Positions 52,727 to 64,000 of a DNA stretch of 64,000 nt are shown here, in pieces (positions within the stretch are counted from its first letter, which is position 1; each line of letters starts with the position of its first letter). Both the position numbers and the translations under genes were made by a program. The DNA comes from the human T2T-CHM13v2.0 reference genome, Homo sapiens. Under the pieces are notes generated by a model. That model was not told the origin of the DNA. It ran no database searches and saw nothing but the letters and a program-made list of their open reading frames with translations. The DNA is taken from the NCBI RefSeq assembly GCF_009914755.1, contig NC_060933.1. One strand, written 5' to 3'.

Positions 52727-54450
52727 CGGGCAAGTTCTTGTGCAGCAGCTCAGGGCCAGCCTGGGTGGGGTCGGCGGTGGAGGGGATGTAGGACTCTTGG
52801 TCCGAACTCCCAGGCTATCCAGTGTCCCTCTGTGACCATTCCCCTCACTGGGCCTCAGCTTTTCATCTGGAAAATGGGCTTGTGAGGACTCATCTCTCGG
52901 TTTCTCCATAAATTGGTCTTGATCTTCTGAAGCTGACAAAGAAGTGACCTGTCTTCCCACTGGTAATCCTGGAGGGCTGAGGTTTGCATTCATGAAGGGA
53001 ATGGGGAAATGTCCTCTCGTAGGGGGCTGGCTAAAGTCCCCCTTCTGGTTAGCGGCAGAGCTGGGCTGAGACCCCTTGGCTCAGACAAGAGAGACCTCCA
53101 TGACTTAAAAATATAATAATCAAAGGCAAGGGAGGCCCTTGGGCTCCCCACCATGCACAGACCCTCTGTAATTGATCCCCGGCTGGGCCTTACCTCTGGG
53201 ATGCCAGAGAATGCTCCAGAGTGTTTCCCAGAAATAAGGGAGTTCATGGTCAAGTCTGGGAACTCAGGTGAGCAGGGGTGGCAGAACCCCCCAGACCTTT
53301 AATCTCTAAGGAGAGGTGGGGAGAGTCTGCAGAGCTTCCCTGGCCGTGGAGCTGGGGTGGAGGGACTGGGTGGGGTGGAGGCAGGCCCCATGGCCCCCCG
53401 TGTGGGCCTCACTCTCCTCACTTTAGGAGAAGCTTCTGTCTGGAACAAGAGCCAGTGCTCTCCTGAGTGGCCATCAGGCATCTCTGCAAAGCTCAGTTTG
53501 GACCCAGACATTGATTTTGGCTCCCCTTGGCCTTGGAACCTGGGGGTGGGCAGCAGCAGGAGGGTCCTGAGGACAGACCCCAAGTCTCAGCTCATCACCC
53601 AAGCTTCTGCCCCTGCTTTGCTGGCTGATCTTGGACAAAGCCTCAGTTTTTCCCACTATGCATTGCAGTGACAGCTTCCTTTAGTGCTTGTCAAGCTGGG
53701 CCTCTCAGAGGCCTAGGAATGGGGTGTCGGGGAGGAGGCTCCTGAAGTGTGTCTGTGTGTCTGGGTTGGGGGTAGGGAGTCCAGACCTCATCCCAGCTCC
53801 ACCCTGAGCAGCTCTGTCCTGGGTTTGATACATTGGGGTTCTACATCTGTATTATCAGAACAATGTATCACTGCCCCAAAAAGGTGGGGTTTAAAGACTA
53901 CAGGGCTGGGTGGACTCTGGGCCAGCCCTACTCCTCTGGGGCTCCCTTCACTGTGTTCCTCTTTGACCTGGTGTTTCAGGAGGACAAGTGCGTTCACATC
54001 CATACAGTTGGCCCACCCAGAACCCAGCGGCATCCAGGAGCCAGTCTCTGATCCAAGCCCATCATCCTGCACTAGCTAAGGCCTGGCCTGGATACAAGCA
54101 GAACCCACTGCACCCTGTCCCAGGGAAGCCAGTCCAAGCACTAACTGAAACCAGCCAGCTAGGCCCGGAGGAGGGATCCCAGGGCTGGTTCCTGGGCCCC
54201 CAGCACCTGGGAGAGGAGCTTCTTGGCTGTGCTGGAAGCCATACCTAGACCTTGACCCCAGGGATGCCCAGAAGAACACATGTTCAGCAGGCTCCCCTGA
54301 GAGCAGAAGGGGCCACGCTTCAGAAATGGTGGAAAGATGAAAATCCAGCCTCCGCCTGCATCAGGACAATGAAATAAGATAATGAGTTAGATAGCATATC
54401 TCACCTATGAAGTGTGCAGCCATTTCCCCCAAAGGTCCTTGAGTGGAAAA

Positions 54451-54474
54451 CACACACATACACACACACACACA

Positions 54475-54508
<34 letters not shown>
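54451..54508. repeat. (CA)n(CT)n microsatellite
   Basis: Directly visible. Confidence 0.95.
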
Positions 54509-54509
<1 letters not shown>

Positions 54510-54512
<3 letters not shown>

Positions 54513-55691
54513 GGGCTTTTTCTCTTCCCTCATTCAACAGTCAACACAGAAGACTTCTGTGGTCCAGCGTGTGGGGGTTTCCCACACACCAGGCAACAGA
54601 CACCAGGAGGTAGCATCAGATCCCCCGGGTTGAGATCTCAGTCCCACAAGACTGCCCCCTCCCCCACTTCCCACTGACGCCATCACAAATCTGGGTTTCC
54701 AAGGAGAATCGCTTGAACCTGGGAGGCAGAGGTTGCAGTGAGCTGCGATCACACCATTGCACTCCAGCCGGGGTGATAGAGTGACTCCATCTCCAAAACA
54801 AACAAAAAAACAAACAAACAAATCTGGGCTTCCAGAGCTTCTGACTCACCAGCTGCAAACTGGAGTTCCCAGAGCCTCCTCTTTGGGTTCAATTAATTTG
54901 CTAGAGCAGCTCACAGAACTCAGGGAAACATGTTTACTGGTTTATTATAAAAGATACTACAAAGCATACAGATGAAGGGATGTGTAGGGCAAGGTATGGG
55001 GGAAGGGGTGCGAAGCCTCCAGCCCTCCCCGGACGCCCACCCTTTGGGAGCCTCTATGTGTTCAGCCATCCAGAAGCTCCCTAAACCCTGTCCTCTTGGG
55101 CCTTTTATGGAGGCTTCACTGGGTAATCGGATAGGCATGACTGAAGCATGGACAACTGTGTAGAAACATGGTTGGACAAAAAGGGCATGGTCTAGCATTA
55201 GCGCACAATCTAGCATTGGCGCACGGTCTAGCATTGGCGCACGGTCTAGCACTGGCGCACGGTCTAGCATTGGCGCACGGTCTAGCATTGGCGCACGGTC
55301 TAGCATTGGCGCACGGTCTAGCATTAGTGGAGGGGGAAACTCACAAGGCCTGTCTGTGCAGATTCTTCTTGGCCTCTCCCTACAGCATTCCTTCCTCCAG
55401 GGTCTGGGGTGGGACTCCTAAAATGGGGATCTTGTGACCTACAATTAGACAAGGTAGGTCAGAGAATTTATGGCCAGACAGAAAGGCAGGGGAAGATTCT
55501 TGCCTTGGGGAGAAAAAGGAGCAGGTGAAAGGAGGGCAGGAGAAGGTCAGAGAGAGAGAGACAGAGAGAGACATTCTGTTTTCTGAGGCCTGCTTCTGAG
55601 GCCTAAAACACCCCAACATTATAACAAGCACTATGGGAGTTATGAGCCAGGAATCATGGATGGAAATATATATATTTGGCATGATATCACA
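54510..55691 (-). mobile_element. MER21(A)-like LTR interrupted by a 5'-truncated Alu (54703-54820) and an 18-bp minisatellite
   Basis: Minus strand starts tgtgatatcatg..atatatatat..ttcctggctcataactcccatag..ttataatgttgggg..aggcctcag, as in the recalled MER21A consensus. The Alu has TSD caaatctggg(t/c)ttcca. Confidence 0.75.
55189..55327. repeat. 18-bp minisatellite (ggtctagcattggcgcac) x ~7.7
   Basis: Units every 18 bp from 55189 to 55315. Confidence 0.97.
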
Positions 55692-56009
55692 CCCCTGAAG
55701 TTTGAAACCCTTGGATTGGCTGAGGGGGATGGACACTTTCCCCCTGGCAGTGGGAGAAGGGTCTGGACTCTCCTTCTGGAGGGTGAGTTGGCACTAAGAC
55801 CCCAGCACACCCGCCCTTGGATTCAGTTTGTCTACTTCTAGAAAACAGGAAAGGTTTAGAGACACGAACAAAGGGTTCAAGTTCGAGGATAGTCATCTCT
55901 GCCCATCTCAGAGCCCCGAGTGGCACACTCGCCCCCCAGCCTTGAGCAGGGGGATCTGGTGTCCCTGGAGGAAGAAACACGCCCCGCAGCCATTAAAGGT
56001 GTTGCTGTT

Positions 56010-56999
<990 letters not shown>

Positions 57000-58299
57000 T
57001 AAACAAAATAGAAAACATTAGAGAGTGGCCTCCCAGGAAGGGCCAGGGTTTCGTGGACTGCTGGTCTCAGGTGTGTGCGTGTGGACACCGTCAGACATGA
57101 AGTGTTCTAGATGGGGGACAGGCCAGGTGTGGCAGGTGTGGGAGGGGGTTGGGGTAGCCCAGGACACCTGTACAGGAGAGGCCGCCTCCTGGCCTCTGAC
57201 ATCCCTGCTCAGGGCTCCCCGTTCCCAGGAGAGTGGGGAGCCTTGTCTTTGAGCCAGACAGACCTGGCTAAATCCCCAGCACTGCTACTTACTGGCCAGG
57301 AGGTGCTTCCATTTCCCACTTAGAGCATGGGGGAACCACGTTCTCCACCTCAGAAGCTTGGTTGCAGATGACACGGTTTGCGCTCCAGCCCCCGGCACAC
57401 ACTGATGGCAGCTGGTAGATGACTACACCTGCGTCTGGCCTGGCTGTACTAGGCAGCTCCCTCACCCAGCCCGCTGCTCCGAGCTTGACCAGGCACTACG
57501 GTTACCTCTCAGGCACCAGGTGCCCTCCCGGCTGAGCTTTCCTGGCCCGAGGAGGCTACTTACTCCAGCCTCTCACAAGGGGGGATGCGTGCGGAGACCC
57601 CAGGGAGGCAGAGAGGATGCAGCCCCTGGCTGTGCTGGGGTTTTTCTACTTACAAAGCTCCTGGTGCATTCGCTTCAGGCTCTGTGCCGAGGCAGCCCGA
57701 GCTGGGCAGGAACCACAGCTGCACCGCTCTCTGGCCGAGAGACTTTAGTCATGACCGTTTCCCTCTCTGAGCACCGGCTTCCTTGTTTAGAACAGAACAG
57801 GGATCCACGGTGAAGACCCCTGCTCCCAGGTGGGATAGCATCATGTACCTCAAACCCCATGGGAGCGTCCTCGTTTGCATGCCAGCACCAGCCAGCAGAG
57901 CAAGAGCATTAATGCCCCAGGGACGACCCTTTACCACAGAGATGGAGCCCATCCAGGTGGGACGCCGGGAGGCTGAGCCGAGACTGAGCCCAGGCACCCA
58001 CCACAGAGCTCGCTCATCAGGGCCACTCTCCGGCTCCCCTCCTCCGGGCTCACCTTCCCATGTCCTCACTCAGGTGTCCTGGGATCATCTGCAACAAATG
58101 ACGTGTCCCCAAGTCCTTGTCTGCTTTCAGGGACCCAGACTCTGCCAGGGTTCCACACTGTCTGCAGGACTTGAGCAGGTGGTCTCTACCTTCTGGACTT
58201 GAGTGTCCTAATCTGTAAAATGGGGACAAAAGTCCTAACTCATGAAGTCACTAAAGGAGACACGGCATGTGCACATGCAAAGTGATGCACAGTCAAAAT

Positions 58300-58560
58300 G
58301 CCAATCAATTGCAAAGGGAAATGCAAATCGTGGGAAGAAACCGGAGCTCGCCTGGCTGAGGAAGGGCTGCTGGCAGCCTGTCCAGACACAGCAAGCCACT
58401 GCCAAGGGAGACCCTGGCGGAGTCAGATCACTTAGCAATGGAAGAAGAGACAACTGACAAAAAAGATAATGTGACAGACGGTTTCAAAGAGAACAATTTA
58501 AGCACTAGAAGATTTACGAACCCTTAGGAAAATTAATGAGGCCCTAGAAGATTTCTGCTG
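58300..58560 (+). mobile_element. Possible Tigger (TcMar) transposase C-terminal remnant
   Basis: Frameshifted translation ETLAESDHLAMEEETTDKKDNVTDGFKENNL / LRKINEALEDFC resembles the acidic C-terminus of Tigger/TIGD proteins. By eye only. Confidence 0.35.
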
Positions 58561-58691
58561 ATACGCTATAATTTTGTCGTAAAAATTGTGTCACACGTAC
58601 CTAATCTACTGTGGACTTATTTATTCATTGTTGTTTCTAAAACTCAGTGTATACTTGCTATTATAGCTTCCTTTTCTGGGGGAGGGGGGTT

Positions 58692-59302
58692 GGGACAGAG
58701 TTTTTCTCTGTCACCCAGGCTGGAGTGCAGTGGCATGATCTCAGCTCACTGCAACCTCTGCCTGTCAGGTTCAAGCGATTCTCAGCCTCAGTCTCCCCAG
58801 TAGCTGGGATTACAGGTGCCCACCACCACGCCCAGCTAATTTTTGTATTTTCAGTAGGGACGGAGTTTCTCCATATTGGCCAGGCTGGTCTCAAACTCCT
58901 GACCTCAGGTCATCCGCCCGCCACAGCCTCCCAAAGTGCTGCGATTACATGCGTGAGCCACTGCACTGGGCCACATTTTGTTAAATATACATTTGGCTGG
59001 ACATGGTGGCTCACACTTGTAATCCCAGCACTTTGGGAGGCCGAAGTGAGCAGATTCCTTGAAGCCAGGAGTTCAAGACCAGCCTGGGCAACATGGAGAA
59101 ACCCCGTTTCTACAAAAAATACAAAAATACAAAAATTAACTGGGTGTGGTGGTGTGTGCCTGTAGTCCCAGCTACTTGGGAGTCTAAGGTGGGAGGATTG
59201 CTTGAGCCAGGGAGGGAGAGAATGCAGTGAGATTGCACCATTGCACTTCAGCCTGGACAACAGAGTGAGACCCTGTCTTAAAGCAAACAAGCAAACAAAA
59301 AA
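58692..59302. mobile_element. Head-to-head inverted Alu pair (- 58692-58972; + 58995-59302)
   Basis: Alu consensus in both orientations with a 22-bp spacer. Confidence 0.92.
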
Positions 59303-59607
59303 GGCTACATTTATTTTTCATATTTTTATTTCATTTTTCAAGATCAAGTGCCAAGTAGGCCTTTTCTCCATTATTTCTTTCAAATACAGGACTCTCTTTT
59401 AATAAAATGGCCAATTCCCGGTGCTCATCATCCCTGCTAACCCCATGGACCGTCCCTGCACGTCACAGAGTGGGCGTGAGCTCCACGTGGGGAGTGACCT
59501 CATCGGATCACGCTCACTGAGGCACACAGCTGGGCACACAGCAGGACCAGAGAATATTTGCTGAATGAGTGAATGCATCAGGAAGCTATGGTGCTGGTGT
59601 TACCAGC

Positions 59608-60039
59608 TGTTAAAACTTCAGACAAGTTAAATTTGATGGAGTTTAATTGGAAAAAAATAAAAAAGAAATGATTCACAAATCGGGCAGCCTCCAGAATCAC
59701 AGCAGATTCAGAGACTCTGGGGGTTCCTCGTGGTCAGAACAAATTTATAGACAAAAAAGTAAAGTGATGTACAGGAATTGGAAATGAAGTACAGAAACAG
59801 AGATTGGTTGCATCTCGGCGTTTGCCTTAGTTGAACACAGTTTGAACACTCAGCAGTCTATGAGTGGTTGAAGTATGGCCGCTGGGATTGGCCAACACTC
59901 AGCCATTGTTATAGGTGCATACTACTAAGTTGGGTTTTCCATCTTGTCTGCCTATTAAGCCAGCTTATGGTTCATCCACAAGGACTCAAATAGAGAGGTA
60001 GGGAGTCCCTTCTTAGGCCATATTTAGTTTGCTTTAACA
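59608..60039 (-). mobile_element. MER57-like ERV1 3' LTR
   Basis: TGTTAAA...TTTAACA termini. Minus strand begins tgttaaagcaaactaaatatggcctaagaag (recalled MER57 start). Polypurine tract aaaagaggggaat lies immediately upstream at 60040-60052. Confidence 0.85.
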
Positions 60040-60844
60040 ATTCCCCTCTTTTGGTCAGCCTCTCAATTTAGAGAGATTGACCGAAGCTTTAGGCATTGAT
60101 GCCACTCTCTGTCACCATCCTAAAGACTTATTTGGTCTCAGTGTGGAATTCACAAGTCTTCTTTAGTTTCAGTATGGAGTCTCACACATCTTCTTTGGTG
60201 TTAACATGGAATTCACAAGTTGCAGCTTTGTACCAGCTAAATGATTCTTTATGTTCTTTTTGACCTGGTTGGAATGAGACCATTCAACTCTCAATGGATG
60301 GCTGCATACAAAACATTTAAGACTTGAGAGGATACAGTGTATCAGGGTGACGATTATTATGACTATCAAGAGGATACTATCAAAATGCCAAGGCGTACTC
60401 CTTAATGAGAGTTCTTATGAAATGAACCGAACCAAATTAGCCAAGTGAAGGTTCAGACAATATAGGCAGTTCAACAGTGTTAGGGTCCAATTGGTCATTA
60501 TCCTCGTTTAGAGTATGATAGCGATTAAGGACCATGGTTTGCTGTAAAGTGGCCTGACTTAAACAGTTACTCATTTTCATTGTTACATTGGTAATACAAG
60601 TCATAATAACTTGGAAACCTACTAGAAGAATTATAAGGATTAGAAGCCCTTGGAAAACCCAAGCTTGCCATCCACCCTTAGGATGCCTGCAAACCGTTAG
60701 TTGCCTATTGTAAACATGTCATGGGCTCCTTTCTCTTGAGAGATGTCTTTAATGTATTTGGTGGCAGTGTCTAAGGAAACAGCAGTATCAGCACCTTTTA
60801 AATTAAGCTTCCTGTAATAACAAAATCAGGTAAGAGATAAGTAG

Positions 60845-61269
<425 letters not shown>

Positions 61270-61864
61270 TGAGAGCAGCTTCTACCCATCTGAAACCCTG
61301 GGAGGTCTGATTGATTACAAAATCCAAGATTTTTCCCAATTTACAAATTAGCTTTAAATTCCATACAACTGCTATCTCACTACCACCAAGAGTGCACCCC
61401 CAGGAATCCCACTGGAATCTTTCCTCAGTAGAAACGAGCTTATCCTCAAATATTTCAAGGCTAGTGCTAATTTCAGTTATTGATCATTTTGGCCTCCAAT
61501 CATAAGGGCCATCATGAGAATTTTCAGGGGAAGCTATTTGAAAGGCAGGAGCAAGCCAGGCCACATAACAAGAACCCAACCAATGAGGAGGCAGAACAGG
61601 ATACGCAGACTCTTCACAGACCCAGTATAGACCCTTGGGGATTGGAAAAGAGGGCCACCTAGTTGCATTTGAGCAGAGATCAGTCAGGTTTGTTCGACCA
61701 CAAATCTGCATACCTCCTGAACAACGTCCAGTGGGAAATTTACTTTTCTGTGGCCCCTTTATAGCATGTTGTAAGGGTATATAACCATATCTAGTAAAAA
61801 AGAGACCCTACTGGATTTAATCCAGTTACATTATACAAGCAATCACTTGTATCAACATAAGTAA

Positions 61865-62311
<447 letters not shown>

Positions 62312-62691
62312 TAGCAGTGATGTTTAGCATATCAAGAATAACTTTCTGTTCTTCCCTTAGTTTCAGGTAGCTCTCGCTGGGAACGCGGAGGGGCACTGGC
62401 ACCAGTGGAATCATTTCCTGATTTTTTTTTGGCATTAGCCCACAAACCCAACAATTACTCTGGTTTTGTGCTAGAGCATAAACTTGAGCTAAAGCCATCC
62501 ACTGATTATGGTGCCATGGGTTTGCCTGTAGGGAAAAGGACAAGATTAGGGCAGAAGATGAGGAAAACAGAAAAACACATAAGGCTTTCCTGATGATAGA
62601 GAAGTCTTGGTCCATGATCTTGGGAAAGCTGTCCAAAACTAGGATGCTGTCTGCTTCTGAAGAGAGATTTCCTTGGTCAGCTTTACTTTAA

Positions 62692-63029
<338 letters not shown>

Positions 63030-64000
63030 CAAAAACATGCAAACTATTACAAGAACATACTGATACCCCATTGCGCGTCACAACTAAATTAAGTCCATCT
63101 GTAAATGCTCAAATTGTTCATCAGGTGGTGGAAATATATGACCTGAAGTTTTGATTGTTTTTCCAGGATTATGAGTTTGACAAGTCAAACATTGATTATA
63201 AACCATTTTAGCAATTTTGGAACAGTCACCCGACCAGTATTTTTTCATAATTTGGATCATTTTGTCTGTTCCATGATGAGCGGTGGAGTGCAGCGTTTTC
63301 AACAATGGAAGCTTCAAAGACTCAGGAAGGACCAGGCGGCCGTCTGGGCCCTCCGTGAGTCTGTGCATCACATTAAATTTACATCCTTTTAGATACCAAT
63401 TTTGCTTTTCCAAATCAGGTGCACTGCACTGTTTACTAAGCAGGTCATCATAAGGAAGTGGGCTCGGCTTAATCCAATGGAGTTCATTCAGATTGCATTT
63501 CTTAACAGTTTCAGCACTAGCTGATTTAGCATAAAAATTTGCTAAAGCATTTCCCTGATATTTGGGTTCAGTTCTACAAGTATGAGCTTCAATCTTAGTA
63601 ACAACAGTCTACAATGGTAACAGGATAGCAGAAAGGGGCTCATTTACTTGGGGTCCATTTTTGATGGAGGTCCCACTAGAGGTGAGAAACCCTCATAGTT
63701 TCCATATCACGCCAAAATCATGTACTACTCCGAAAGCATATCTACTAGCTGTATAAATATTTACTGACTTGTCCTCAGCTATATGACAAACTTGGGTAAG
63801 GACAAAAAGCTCTGCAGTTCGGGCTGACTTAAATTGAGGAAGCGTTTCCTTCTCTATTCACTCATTTTGGATGGTAACAGCATATTCTGCCTGGTATTTT
63901 CCTTCTGAGATTTTAGGATAGGACCTATCAACAAAAAGTATAAATCCAGGATTATCCACTGGAGTATCTTGTAAATCAACATGAGGGGCCACTATTTCTG

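Noticed and set aside
53980-54040. EDKCVHIHTVGPPRTQRHPG after a pyrimidine-rich AG, faintly like a lipocalin/OBP2 exon (such genes are neighbours at 9q34)
   Set aside because: Similarity too weak, Cys-to-PG spacing differs, and no companion exons found; a tBLASTn hit would be needed.

Overview
Human (primate) genomic DNA that I recognise as the chr9q34 RALGDS-GBGT1 locus, from recall of the encoded proteins rather than a database search. Both genes are on the minus strand. Bases ~1-35.3 kb hold the 5' region of RALGDS, with four alternative first coding exons (MVQRMW.. 7072-7254, MAWEAG.. 15232-15411, MCLWGH.. 17043-17174, MMVDCQ 35049-35066). All four end in phase 0 and are expected to splice to a common exon 2 left of the window. 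Bases ~39.0-50.0 kb hold the complete GBGT1 gene (GT6/ABO-family Forssman synthase homologue): one non-coding exon plus six coding exons, a 1044-nt CDS and 347 aa, with the human-type inactivating residues Ser230 and Arg296. The rest contains CpG-island promoters, ~35 Alu elements, MaLR and MER21 LTRs, DNA-transposon remnants, several minisatellites, and the 3' half of a degenerate MER57-type ERV1 provirus (59.6-64 kb). Almost all other ORF-track entries are spurious GC-rich, Alu or microsatellite frames. No CRISPR arrays or RNA genes were seen. The best leads, all hypotheses, are: a stop/start-coupled uORF chain before the distal RALGDS start; candidate cryptic exons flanking a ~690-nt AG-free UG-rich tract; a frame-compatible acceptor that could fuse GBGT1 to RALGDS; a long imperfect inverted repeat enclosing RFX boxes; and a CCAAT-bearing LTR minisatellite upstream of GBGT1. 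Repeat subfamily names and boundaries are by-eye estimates.
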